DNA of 64,000 bases from Candidatus Undinarchaeota archaeon (lineage in GTDB: Archaea > SpSt-1190 > JASMDC01), in NCBI GenBank assembly GCA_964519305.1, contig CAZFHY010000015.1, positions 32,001 to 96,000 on the forward strand, read 5' to 3'. Within the stretch, counting starts at the first letter, position 1. The number at the start of each line of letters is the position of its first letter. Both the position numbers and the translations under genes were made by a program. Positions 27,101-35,290 of the stretch are shown one piece after another. The notes beneath the pieces are model-generated. The model was not told the DNA's origin. It saw only the letters and a program-made list of their open reading frames with translations, and made no database searches.

Positions 27101-29331
27101 CCGTCCCAGTTGATGTTATAAGGCGTTATATCAAGGTCCTGTGAGGCGTCCTCGAGGGCGGTCCCGTCCCAGTTCTTGCCTGCATAGTGGACGCGGACCT
27201 TGATTTTGTGGTCACCCTCGCGGTTGCACTGGTGCTTGTTCCCGCTGACGGTGACAGTATGGTCTGGATTGGGCGTCCATCCTGAATAGGTGCACGCGGT
27301 GACCTCGCTGTTATCGGTGGGATCGTGCGAGAACTGGTCCGCTGGACAGTCGAGGTACACGCCGTTGACGTAGTAATGGCCACCGACCCAGTACCACACC
27401 TGCATGGTGGTATCCAGACCACAGGAGAACACCTTCTTTTTACTGTCATCGGTCCAGCTGGTGGTGTGGTGGAGGGCGTTACCATCGGTCACGCACGAGC
27501 TGCCCCGGTGGGTCACCTTGGCACGGACGGTGTAGAACCCGCCGCGCTGGTTACAGAGAGCGGCCTCGTCGATCGCGTAGGCCTCGCAGTTGGACATGTA
27601 CGTGCCGCCGTCGCAGGAGATTGCGCAGGCCTTCTCGGCGCTGGTATGTGCGGTTGCCCCGTTGGGATGGTAGACGTAGTAGGTAACCTTGTCGCCGATG
27701 TCCTCCCACACACCGCTCACGCATTTCTCCTGATCGTTATCGCTGTCGCTGTCACCGACCCAGCCGTGGGCAAAGCACTTATTGTGGGCGACGCAGTCGG
27801 TCTGGTGGGAGCAGCAGGCACTGTTGTCGCCATCACATGATTTAGGGTTCTTGCTCTCGTCGGTCTCGCACTTGCGATACCATTCACCACTGTCGTCGCC
27901 ACAGCAAGACGATGCGGCCTTTTCCCCGCCGATGTTCCAGGCGACACCGAAGTCGTGGTTGCCGGTGGTCTTGTCGCTGAAGCACGTGGGCGCCTTACAG
28001 TACACACCGCTCTCTCCGTCCCAGTTGACGTTGAACTTCTTCTCGGTCACCGTCTCTTTTAGATGCGATCCTCCGTGGAGGTTGCTGCCGTCCCAGTTCT
28101 TGCCCGAGTAGGTGAACTCCACCTTTGTGTAGTAGTCGCCCTCGATGCGGCAGTAACGTTTCTGGCTGCTCACGGTCACGAACTCACCCGCGGGAGGCGT
28201 GTAGCCGGCGTAGGTGCAAGAGTGGAGCCCGGCATCGTTCGTACCGGGAGTGGTGGAGATGGGTTGTGGGCAGTCCATCGCCTGCGCGTTGACGAAATAG
28301 GTGCCCCCCACATAGTACCAGATCTTGGCCGATGCGTGGAGCGAGCATGAGAACGATTTGAAGTTAGTATTGTCCACCCAGCTGTCCTTGATGTGGAGCG
28401 CACCGCCGGTCACACAGGAGTTGCCCTTGTGGTCCACATGCACGTTCACGGTGTAGTAGCCGGCCTCGCTGTTGCACAAAGTCGCCTGGTCCACCGAGGT
28501 GGAGGGACAGTCGGAGATGTAGGTCCCGCTGGAGCATGAGACAGGGCATATGATGTCCTTCTTCCATACATAGTTGCTGCTGGACGTCGAGGGAGAGGTT
28601 ACACCCGGCTTATAGACGTAGACAGTGGCCGTGTCCTCGATGTCACAGGTGTAGAGGTCGTGCTTGCTGATGGTGCTCGTACCGCCGCCACTGGTCTTAC
28701 CGTCACACTCTGTGTGGCCGTGGGTGACGTAGGTCTTGGCCTTGTAGACGCCATCGATCTTACAATTTGAAGCCTTCGGATAATCATAGGAGCACTCGCA
28801 GGTGTACTGACAGTCCTGGCTCGTGCACGCGCAGGAACAGTCACATTCCTTGTTGCCTATCGTATCGATGACGGTGTTGCCGCTGTTGATCGAGGAGTGA
28901 AAGATCTCCGCTCTGGCGATATCGCCGACAGTGTACAGGTTGAACGAGCTGGATCCTGACGTCCCGCCACCGGAGCTCTTGCCGTCGCATTCGGCGGTCC
29001 CATAGTTGAAGGTGGCCTTCGCCGTGAGCAGGCCAGGGCTGGTGCGTTTCGTATAATCGACTGTGCACTCGCAGTACCGCTGTGCATTGGCCCCTGTACC
29101 ACCAGGACAGGAGCACGTGCATGCGCCTGTGTTCACAGTGTCGATATGGTTGCCCTGCCAGTCGTAGATCTTGATCTGGGCGGTGTCCGATACGGCCGGC
29201 TGGACCGCTAGGAGCACGAGAACGCCTGCGAGGAGCAGGAGGGCGGCGATGGAGGCAGCGGCGCGCGTAGAGCGAGAACTAACTCTAAAAAAGCCTCCTC
29301 GATCTATGGATGACTGAATAGGATGAACCAA
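21115..29331 (-). CDS. Giant 2738-aa Cys-rich surface protein with CCGDD repeats and C-terminal membrane anchor
   Basis: Signal-like N terminus, six CCGDD motifs, many diverged ~90-aa Cys-containing beta units, C-terminal APGVG + hydrophobic helix + RRTRRR. Exact start uncertain. Confidence 0.88.
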   Translation of the reverse strand: MVHPIQSSIDRGGFFRVSSRSTRAAASIAALLLLAGVLVLLAVQPAVSDTAQIKIYDWQGNHIDTVNTGACTCSCPGGTGANAQRYCECTVDYTKRTSPGLLTAKATFNYGTAECDGKSSGGGTSGSSSFNLYTVGDIARAEIFHSSINSGNTVIDTIGNKECDCSCACTSQDCQYTCECSYDYPKASNCKIDGVYKAKTYVTHGHTECDGKTSGGGTSTISKHDLYTCDIEDTATVYVYKPGVTSPSTSSSNYVWKKDIICPVSCSSGTYISDCPSTSVDQATLCNSEAGYYTVNVHVDHKGNSCVTGGALHIKDSWVDNTNFKSFSCSLHASAKIWYYVGGTYFVNAQAMDCPQPISTTPGTNDAGLHSCTYAGYTPPAGEFVTVSSQKRYCRIEGDYYTKVEFTYSGKNWDGSNLHGGSHLKETVTEKKFNVNWDGESGVYCKAPTCFSDKTTGNHDFGVAWNIGGEKAASSCCGDDSGEWYRKCETDESKNPKSCDGDNSACCSHQTDCVAHNKCFAHGWVGDSDSDNDQEKCVSGVWEDIGDKVTYYVYHPNGATAHTSAEKACAISCDGGTYMSNCEAYAIDEAALCNQRGGFYTVRAKVTHRGSSCVTDGNALHHTTSWTDDSKKKVFSCGLDTTMQVWYWVGGHYYVNGVYLDCPADQFSHDPTDNSEVTACTYSGWTPNPDHTVTVSGNKHQCNREGDHKIKVRVHYAGKNWDGTALEDASQDLDITPYNINWDGHSGIYCKAPTCFPDKTTGAHDFGVAWNIGGETAATTCCGDDNNEWYRKCETDELVKNACKGDNNACCSARYDCVAYGNCYNDNYVGDIDGDNAEEKCVDGVWQDLPEKAKYRIFHYTVGQIASYDVICSTSCPSGTGNEAQTYHECTMDYNECKIPGWYQAEVDILHNRPECQNMPTSNVKSALSKTNLYFCDIDDEVYYYVYHPDGSVAHTSPKKKCDTSCDGGTYMSDCETYSVPEKAICSQRGGFYTVRAKVSHKGNSCVNGNTLPNTESWVEDSKMQVFSCALDTTAKIKIYVGGTTLLNWKDMSCTDITDQFSHDPTHKSFVVPCSYTWDPSPYITHSSMNKRCDYEGDVHFVSRMAYSGKNWDGTALEATTQDIDEVKYNVNWDGHSGIFCSLTCFADKTTGAHDSGIAWNIGGETAASSCCGDDGSEWYRTCETSDDEKSATTNACSWDNKACCKARYDCVTRGNCFDNGYDLDADSDGYNEWCVDGVWKLRRDDVRYRIYSPSNKVVFDKTSSCLTSCSGEQRVETCESPQFTDACTEDGWYRAQIDFTYNGKNCNQKSFHTTTETFKNNKIFKCFASKPPVQVRHRMYHGGGSEEANSGILDCPGKGANEFCQEDASGNRIMKITANSCPTWDYDVCKTAGQYTVKSEFIFNGKTCDDLPLVTPEWHGPINAYWCAPGYYKIRHTDSGTDLTGGWKVLNCPKSTCKGTDNKEMASESCKMDWTDLKRDNCKREGKYEAKSKFFFNGECDGKGSKTSVEEFAWTAIYKVNFDNIGSVNKAPPGDPGTYDTATADPDRYCTTTCFDDTTTGARDSGVAWNLGGGTKTKYNDGSWYALAQNNDGSASASTCCGDDANEWARKCETLEELVTGGSKSVCDVSTDDLACCPAATDCVFNDKCYVRERLVDIDSDGDKEFCRDGQWVNIASVKPYVYLWDQDKQVLKGDDAGEPSVMSCGDLTCSNAYANKKSTCWYDKGMDTLTCDFYSQASGDWCYAQCTKKYTTCTVSGWYYGYVKFDYRVPGVANYVTYCCDNDANGVAASKVANCPNSCDDEKTGDRKGCRSGTCQSHYYCGYDMDGTYGFKKPDGTEYRNNVAMTCVNDGNGPTTWRIDTTQYGKETCSYTFTYPLNDGSTDNKISVTTVTTTATNHDPITRTTDPLEMCTLEGSYQYKMLWQYYGENRAMGGTSYSGKSNTNRYFDDTPTSNDPTGLPNSNEKAYSQMYYVDFDNLNDKNRDVAGQSSGDDASIAWRYCDTRCFSDTTTGSQNKDQGVWWDVKYGTSVNNGGSDSKDTCCGDDASEWSLRSEGTGGGSLHRVPGDNIGVRSWQASDAPHFSSGKTYNYYLSCCPRETDCVSNGTCYDSAETGGNKGGDVSANACHCLSWRARSYDVDKYNKHAWFEPNDHPDLGDGGLHDEAGANAEAPCCGDDGDNDNFYYYSDSRDYCHYCEKGVNKTSQVDNKLYNGVDSANYNDFFGVDSQEFRDCDGAGDTEIVGHSYNEIYGKQNYQITCYFWSEKDPETGADWSKAVDCDSNGCHQAPVEPQEASHRQRCTWLELDKANSADNTRFRLNNELKDEKPISIDVATEGWCLDNATHTCYYAFDKDEKKYWDICKDDGDDAYDGFDWSDDVFKGNCPYPGTVNVTTLNCYYHEKALFNETEGQIDLIDGGYYTCAKTGCQMLSSTLGYERELCHPRDGPIPAISVKDIKVRKQTLPGGKKDVKIAFHVITSSYLQQHGGAPERCDMCQATLSYKNIEKTCTHQGSGVFLCDVSGLVTNEPRPVMTITATLPMCHFCTQEAAPDQCEYEGTPAPETGICMLYTDAHYQTVFSFEKFVKLEVRKMSGKADIVENTMSTFVGETFLLGAHVTNYWTQPMNLVLKLHKEEMWSTFDEEAFTLFPGESKTIPVEINPYKLTAAGLIEIYVVDADSLERLNEKQFYVRVVYASGSAFMATAPGVGAVDIALLLALAGLFLARRTRRRTVAVDGREG
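22790..28030 (-). repeat. Dispersed coding repeat CFxDxTTG...AWNIGG...CCGDD...CC....DCV
   Basis: Copies near 27.7-28.0, 26.8-27.1, 25.6-25.9, 24.3-24.7 and 23.0-23.4 kb, partial at 22.8 kb. The DNA CCGCCGATGTTCCAGGCGA is shared by three copies. Confidence 0.85.
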
Positions 29332-29463
29332 GTCATCTCCCTTCCAATGCCTCTTCTTTCCTGTAGTTCCTCACTCTAGGACGCCTGTTATGACCACCTC
29401 CGATGGTAAATAACAGATACTACGAACTATAGTATACTAGTCCGCGATGCGATATAAACCTTT

Positions 29464-30369
29464 TTACCCGGGTACGATGCGCACGGTGAGCGCCTTACCG
29501 TCGGCGATGACATCCATGCGCTTGAAGGAGGAAACACCAGAGCTGGGGAGAGCTATACGGAGCAGGTATGTCCCGGGGGATATGCACGTCCCGGGTTCGA
29601 AGGTCAGCCTACCATCGATATCGGTAGATACCGTCTCCTTCGCCAGGGGCTCCGCGTCCAGCCGCGGGAGGATCGAGAGCTCGACATCGGTGTTCGCAAG
29701 CCGCAGTGCTGGTGCCTCGGTGAATCCCTCCACGAAGTACGTACCGTGCAGCGTGGCGGATAGCACGATGCTTGTGCAGCACACATCCTCGTGCTCCTCG
29801 TCATCATCGGTGTCGACCCAGGCACCGTTGTCCGCACCCATGCACCCCGTCTTGCACGAACCACCCACACAGCGGAAGGACGGGGCGCAGTCCGAGCCCG
29901 TCCGGCACGTGCGCCGGCATTCCCCGGCATCGCACCCGAACGGTGAACAGTCCTGGACGGCCACCGCTGCACCGGCACGGCACCGCGAGCCATCATCATC
30001 GTTGGCACAGGAGTATCCTACAGCATAGCGCTCATAACCGTGACAGAGCGTATAGTCCAGGGAGCGGCAGTCCACCCACGTACCCGCACATGTGTTCGCC
30101 TGTGCGATTAGCTCGTACAACCATGGACCCATGCACATGTCATGATAATCGTACCGGATGCAGAAATCCTGATAGCTGCCTTGATGGTCGGTGCAGTATC
30201 CGCTCTGGAGGAGGTCGAACCCATCGGAGTCCTCGCTGTCCGTGCGGCACTGACCTGCGCCTTCCTCGAAGGCGGCGAAGGCGTTCCCTCCCGAGAACAG
30301 CTCGCTGCTCGGTGCACCGAGGGCCAGGCACAGGAGGGCTACCGCCGCGACCGGGTACATTCGCGGCAT
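29464..30369 (-). CDS. Secreted Cys-rich protein with C-terminal Ig-like domain
   Basis: Start corrected to ATG 30369 (GGTTTATAT box at about 30400). Signal peptide AAVALLCLALG; CRTGSDCAPSFRCVGGSC. Confidence 0.75.
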   Translation of the reverse strand: MPRMYPVAAVALLCLALGAPSSELFSGGNAFAAFEEGAGQCRTDSEDSDGFDLLQSGYCTDHQGSYQDFCIRYDYHDMCMGPWLYELIAQANTCAGTWVDCRSLDYTLCHGYERYAVGYSCANDDDGSRCRAGAAVAVQDCSPFGCDAGECRRTCRTGSDCAPSFRCVGGSCKTGCMGADNGAWVDTDDDEEHEDVCCTSIVLSATLHGTYFVEGFTEAPALRLANTDVELSILPRLDAEPLAKETVSTDIDGRLTFEPGTCISPGTYLLRIALPSSGVSSFKRMDVIADGKALTVRIVPG

Positions 30370-30422
30370 GATACTATGTACGTAGCGCTCGTGGGATATA
30401 AACCTGCCCCGTGGACGGGGTC

Positions 30423-31004
30423 TCAATCATCCGGTTCGGACACATCGAGGTAGACGTAGAAAGTGCGCGTCTGGAATGCTTCCGTCTTTCCGAGCGCCGT
30501 CCAGTTCACGTCCGCATATAGCCGTTCCAGGTGAAACTGGAAGGTCATCTGTACGTCGTCCAGGGCATCGTCGCTGCCCTTCTCCTTTACGATGATCACC
30601 CGGGAGGAGTTGAGAGGGATCTCCAGGTGGGCTTTCACCACGGTGTCCTCCACGTCGTACGTCGATGTGAGGTGCACCGGGTAACGATAGTTGGTCCCAT
30701 CGGCCTTCCAGTCCGAGACGTATCGCACCTGACCCTCCCAGTCCACAGCAGCGGTCTTCAGGGATGCCTGGAAGAGGATGTCAAGGGCCCGCATGTTACG
30801 CTCGCGATCGAAGTCATCGGATAGCGTGTCCACCGTGTCCACGGCCGAGAGGAGGTTCTCGAACTCGTTGAGCTGACCCAGGGAGATATCGCTCATAGGT
30901 ACATGCCGCTGGGTAATGTACATACCGATCATATGAAGGGACATGATCACCAGCACGCTCGAGACGATGAAGAACTGGCCTCTACGGCTTGTGGTGAGCA
31001 TCAT
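30423..31004 (-). CDS. Class III signal peptide (minor pilin-like) protein with DUF2341-like C-terminal region
   Basis: SRRG^QFFIVSSVLVIMSL; W...YRYPVHL...FYVYL. Confidence 0.75.
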   Translation of the reverse strand: MMLTTSRRGQFFIVSSVLVIMSLHMIGMYITQRHVPMSDISLGQLNEFENLLSAVDTVDTLSDDFDRERNMRALDILFQASLKTAAVDWEGQVRYVSDWKADGTNYRYPVHLTSTYDVEDTVVKAHLEIPLNSSRVIIVKEKGSDDALDDVQMTFQFHLERLYADVNWTALGKTEAFQTRTFYVYLDVSEPDD

Positions 31005-31567
31005 CAGTGTCGACCCCTCAAATGAAGCGCATCGGTAGAGAAATCCGCATAGAAATTAAAGCCGTTCCTTTCGATCGGGAAGGTCCGGACGTGGTGTGTG
31101 GATGAGTTTAGCGTAATGGTCATGCTGTCAGAGGGGATCCCGTAATCCAGGAGTGTGATGTTCCCGCTGTTCAGGACCGTGCGTAGCTGATCGAAGGAGG
31201 GTGTCTCGACGAGGATGTGGAACCGGGTCGATGAAGGGTCCCGCAGGACCTGGACGGGTGCGTGGATGGCACCCGTGATCTTTCCCCAGCTCTGGACTGT
31301 GCCCTTGACCCTGAGGCATTCGTTCGCGGGCATGCTCGCCTCGAAGGACTGCCACGACTCAACCTTGATGTGTACAAGCTGGTTCGGTTTCACAGGGATT
31401 ACCCACTCAGATGGATCGCCCAGGGAGTACCACGAGAGCTCTTCTCCGGTGTCCAGATAGGTGACATTGACGTACTTGAGCTTGTAGAATCCCTGGTTCG
31501 CACCGCCGCCGCTGTTGAGAAGGAGCAGCAGCGCCGCCAGGACCACGAGAACGAGGACGAATCTCAC
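31004..31567 (-). CDS. Secreted or membrane-anchored hypothetical protein
   Basis: MRFVLVLVVLAALLLLL; start and stop overlap both neighbours. Confidence 0.75.
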   Translation of the reverse strand: MRFVLVLVVLAALLLLLNSGGGANQGFYKLKYVNVTYLDTGEELSWYSLGDPSEWVIPVKPNQLVHIKVESWQSFEASMPANECLRVKGTVQSWGKITGAIHAPVQVLRDPSSTRFHILVETPSFDQLRTVLNSGNITLLDYGIPSDSMTITLNSSTHHVRTFPIERNGFNFYADFSTDALHLRGRH

Positions 31568-32262
31568 AGATCCTCAACTCCTATCGTCGTATTGAAGTAG
31601 ATATAGAAGCGCTGGGGCTGGAACGGTTTGAGCTGGGAGACCGTCCATGTGAAGTTGACCTTCCATGAGCTTTCGGGGACGCATTCATTATGGGGCGTCA
31701 TGCTATTAGCGGCAACGATGCCCGATTCGAGGGTGCAGATGACCTTGTATTCGACAGTGTCGCCCCGGGGGCCGTCCGTGCCTTCTTCAACCATCCATAT
31801 CTCTGTCGCGAAGTCGGTCATCAGTGGGAGGGGGATCACCTCGGAGACCAGTACCTCGTCCATAGGATAGTTCGCCACGACCTCTACCGGGATGCGGTAG
31901 GCAAGGGCCTCGGTCGCTGGGACCAGGTTCCAGGATGTGGTCGTTGTGTATGTGATCTCCCCGTTCCAGGAGTATCCTAGCTCGTTGGCAGTGCGTTGCA
32001 TGAAGAACACGTAGTCGTTGAGGTTCTGTGTCATGATGTCTGGACATACGCTGTCCCTGGCCGACGCCTGTGTACACGAGGCACTTACTATCTTTGCTCC
32101 TTGTTGACGGCCGTTCTGGAAGAAGAGAAGGGGAACAAGGGAGAAGTCGTCGCGCTTTAGAGGACGATGCTCCCTGATCATCGACTCCATGACCAAGAGG
32201 GCCATTAGGATGGTGATGCAGGAGATGACGTAGAACTGACCGCGCGTCGACGTCCCCAACAT
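31564..32262 (-). CDS. Class III signal peptide (minor pilin-like) protein, paralog of 30423..31004
   Basis: Start corrected to ATG 32262 (GGAGGTG RBS, TTTAATA box upstream). STRG^QFYVISCITILMALL; YRIPVEV...FYIYF. Confidence 0.75.
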   Translation of the reverse strand: MLGTSTRGQFYVISCITILMALLVMESMIREHRPLKRDDFSLVPLLFFQNGRQQGAKIVSASCTQASARDSVCPDIMTQNLNDYVFFMQRTANELGYSWNGEITYTTTTSWNLVPATEALAYRIPVEVVANYPMDEVLVSEVIPLPLMTDFATEIWMVEEGTDGPRGDTVEYKVICTLESGIVAANSMTPHNECVPESSWKVNFTWTVSQLKPFQPQRFYIYFNTTIGVEDL

Positions 32263-32330
32263 ACACCTCCCTCTATCCATTGGAGATATGTAGGTCGTGG
32301 AGGTATTAAATCCTTTCGCGTGCGGGCCAG

Positions 32331-32816
32331 CTATACGGACTCGGTGCGTGTGCACACGCTCGACTCGGTCCGATCGATCATTGGTGTCACAGCGAGATCG
32401 ATGATATCATTGTAATCGGCGAACCGTGTTCCCGAGATGGCGAAGAGCCGAGTGCTCCCGGCCGCCCACCCTTCGACCGTCTGTTCGATGAGGTAGGCGC
32501 ATTTGTTACCTGTCACGACCAATGTCTCGTTGGCGATCCAGTGCCCCGAATTGTACTCGAACGTTGCTCTCTCGAGCATCCGGTGCGGTATCCGGTTCTG
32601 CCCGGTGTTGGTGATGGCGAGACAGACTGCACCGGGAAGGGTCCCGCACCTGGCCGTGACGTTGTCCGGGCAGGCATAGACCTTCCTGCAGCCGACATTG
32701 TAACGGATGTACATCGAATCGTCTCCGGAGGAGGCGTAGAGGTGGAACACGGCAACAATCAGACCGGCGAATACAGCGATTGCCACGACCACCATTGCAA
32801 GTGTCCGATCGGCCAT
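32331..32816 (-). CDS. Membrane-anchored hypothetical protein
   Basis: N-terminal TM helix, GGAGG RBS, Cys-containing ectodomain. Confidence 0.75.
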   Translation of the reverse strand: MADRTLAMVVVAIAVFAGLIVAVFHLYASSGDDSMYIRYNVGCRKVYACPDNVTARCGTLPGAVCLAITNTGQNRIPHRMLERATFEYNSGHWIANETLVVTGNKCAYLIEQTVEGWAAGSTRLFAISGTRFADYNDIIDLAVTPMIDRTESSVCTRTESV

Positions 32817-32860
32817 GGTCCCTCCTTATTTATTCGGCGTTCAAGCCTTAAAAACCCTCC

Positions 32861-34027
32861 TCAGGATTCAGTACCTTCCTTGAAGGCATCGTGCACGATG
32901 ATCTCGTAGGAAGGGTTCCCGAGAGCGAGGGTACGGGCGGCCTGTAGCTGGAAGCGGGGATGTGCCTTTGTCGAGGTCCGGTACACCTCCCCGAACGTGT
33001 CCTCGCGCACCTTCTTGTCCAGTGCGGAGGACGGAGCTGGCGGACAGGCGTTCACTAGGTCGAGACTGGCCCGGTCGATGGCCAGGGGATCGGAGCCCGC
33101 AAGGATGCCCAGATCGGGGACAAGGGCGTTGTCGGAATGAGGGATACAGTCGCATTGGGGGGTCACGTCCAGCAGCACGTTGACGTACGTGACCCGTTCG
33201 GGCCCTAGGAGGTCCAGGACGGCCTTGGCAGCATCCACGATCTTCACCGACGTGCGTTCTGCTGATGACCAAGTGACACGAACGGCACGCTCGGGGCACG
33301 ACTCGGCGCATCCCAGGCACCGTACACACCTACCGGCGTCGATGGTGTGGTCCTTGTCGATGGCGCCCACGGGGCACAGCTTGGCGCAGACGTCGCAACC
33401 GGAACAACGCTCCTGATCGATGAGAGGGAGATCCTCCTCCATATGGATGGCGAACTTCGTGGATTTGGCCACGCACCCCACACCAAGGTTCTTGAGAGCG
33501 CCCCCGAACCCACCGAGAGCGTGTCCCTTGAAGTGGGCGAGGGATACCACATGGTCCGCCTCGGCGATGGCACGGGCCACGTAGACCTCCTTCAGGGCGG
33601 CACCTGCCACCTCGACACGGACACCGTCGATACCCTTGAGGCCGTCGGCGATCACAAGTGGTGCTGCGCAGGTCTCAGCAGTGAACCCGTTCTCCTTGGC
33701 GACCTCAAGCCGTCCTGTACCGAAAGAGCGCGGGTAGCGCATACCCAGCCCGGTCGTCTCGGTGACGAAGGGATGAGCTCCCTTTTCAGCGATGGCAAGG
33801 GCGAGTCGGCGAACATAGAGGGAACGGATGGCTTTTGTGGTCCCTCGGTCCCCGAAGTGTGTCTTGATGGCCACTTGGGCGCCTTCCTCGATCCGGTCGA
33901 GGATACCGCTGGCACCGATGAGGAACGAGAACTTCTCAGCGAGACTGTGTCGGGGGTCGAATAGGTCACTCCGGCTCTTGGAAATTTTGACGCGTGACGT
34001 GACGAAATGGAGGGGGACCTTGGCCAT
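32861..34027 (-). CDS. DUF362-family Fe-S protein with 2x[4Fe-4S] ferredoxin insert
   Basis: VAIKTHFGD, HFKGH, FGGALKNLGVG, two CxxCxxCxxxCP motifs, CDC, DPLAID. Confidence 0.9.
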   Translation of the reverse strand: MAKVPLHFVTSRVKISKSRSDLFDPRHSLAEKFSFLIGASGILDRIEEGAQVAIKTHFGDRGTTKAIRSLYVRRLALAIAEKGAHPFVTETTGLGMRYPRSFGTGRLEVAKENGFTAETCAAPLVIADGLKGIDGVRVEVAGAALKEVYVARAIAEADHVVSLAHFKGHALGGFGGALKNLGVGCVAKSTKFAIHMEEDLPLIDQERCSGCDVCAKLCPVGAIDKDHTIDAGRCVRCLGCAESCPERAVRVTWSSAERTSVKIVDAAKAVLDLLGPERVTYVNVLLDVTPQCDCIPHSDNALVPDLGILAGSDPLAIDRASLDLVNACPPAPSSALDKKVREDTFGEVYRTSTKAHPRFQLQAARTLALGNPSYEIIVHDAFKEGTES

Positions 34028-34090
34028 GGAACTGGCAGTGCCGCCAAGGTTTAAGTCTTTTGCCGGGCGAAATCAGGCAAGGTACACCCC

Positions 34091-35236
34091 ATGTCCATAC
34101 TCGACAATGTCCTGGGTGGGAAACGTGAGGAGGAACCTCCGCCCCCGCCGCGCCAGCGCGCAGAGGCCCTGGAGCGCAAGGGACTGTTCGAGCAGGCGGG
34201 TGAGGCCTACCTGGAGGCGGACGAACCGCTCAACGCCGGCCACTGCTTTCGCAAGGCGAAAGCGTGGGACAGGGCGACCGAGGCTTACCGCCAGGCGAAC
34301 GACTGGATGGCCGCGGCCGAGTGCGAGAAACAGGCCGCTGCCGCGCGGAAGGAGTCCGAGCGGCGGGATATGGAGAGCTTCTGGCGGGAGAGCGCGCTCC
34401 AGAACGAGGAGGCCGGTCGATGGGACCTCGCTGCTGAGGCGTTCGAGAAGGTGCGTTCATGGGAGCGGGCCGCAGAGTGCTATGAGAAGGCCGAGAACTG
34501 GCCGCCTGCAGCCCAGTGCTACCTCAAGGCAGGCCGCCTCGAACCTGCCGCACGGAGCTTCCGACGTGCAGGCCAACGGGAGAAGGCAGCAGAGCTCTTC
34601 GAGGAAGCAGGTGCATGGGCAGAGGCCGGTGAAGCCTACGAGTGGCTCGAGGAATGGACCCGTGCAGGTGATTGCTTCGTCAAGGCGAACGAGTTCGACA
34701 GCGCCCGGCGGACGTATGCGAAGGGCGAGCGATGGGACCGCCTTGCCAGCGTGGCCTTCAAGGAGGGCGACTTCGATGAGGGGATCGAGTTCCTGATAAA
34801 GGCCAAGCGTAACGATGTCGCCGCCCGTCGTCTCCTCCGACGTGCCGTGGACCGGCTGGACGAACCGGAAAATGCTCTTGATGACGTGAAACGGGCCCAC
34901 TCCTGCTACAACATCGTGGGACTGCGGGGTGCTATGCAGCTGCTCGAAGGTGTGATCGAGAAGGACGCTGCTCGCGTGCGCGAGGGTGCCGCCATCCTCG
35001 AGTCTGGCAAGGATTTCGAGCCCAAGGCCGCCAAGGAGCTACTTGCGTTCGCCAAGGAGACCGCAGTCACGCTAAAGGAGACCAAGGATGAGCCGAAGAA
35101 GGAGCAGGCAGGGGATGGGACGCGACGTAAACGCCGTCTCGAGCTCATCGAGGAACTGGTACGCAAGGGCACGATCAGCCGGGTGGAGTACGAGCGCCTG
35201 AAGAAGAAGCACCTAAAGGAGCTCTTGGACGAATAA
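34091..35236 (+). CDS. Alpha-solenoid (TPR/SNAP-like) repeat protein with C-terminal SHOCT-like domain
   Basis: About 13-aa repeats A(A/G)ECYEKA..W; C-terminal LIEELVRKGTISRVEYERLKKK. Confidence 0.75.
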   Translation: MSILDNVLGGKREEEPPPPPRQRAEALERKGLFEQAGEAYLEADEPLNAGHCFRKAKAWDRATEAYRQANDWMAAAECEKQAAAARKESERRDMESFWRESALQNEEAGRWDLAAEAFEKVRSWERAAECYEKAENWPPAAQCYLKAGRLEPAARSFRRAGQREKAAELFEEAGAWAEAGEAYEWLEEWTRAGDCFVKANEFDSARRTYAKGERWDRLASVAFKEGDFDEGIEFLIKAKRNDVAARRLLRRAVDRLDEPENALDDVKRAHSCYNIVGLRGAMQLLEGVIEKDAARVREGAAILESGKDFEPKAAKELLAFAKETAVTLKETKDEPKKEQAGDGTRRKRRLELIEELVRKGTISRVEYERLKKKHLKELLDE

Positions 35237-35290
35237 GACGTTGACGCACAGAAAGGTTTTTCCCCTTATAGACCTTTGAGCTGATGGGCG

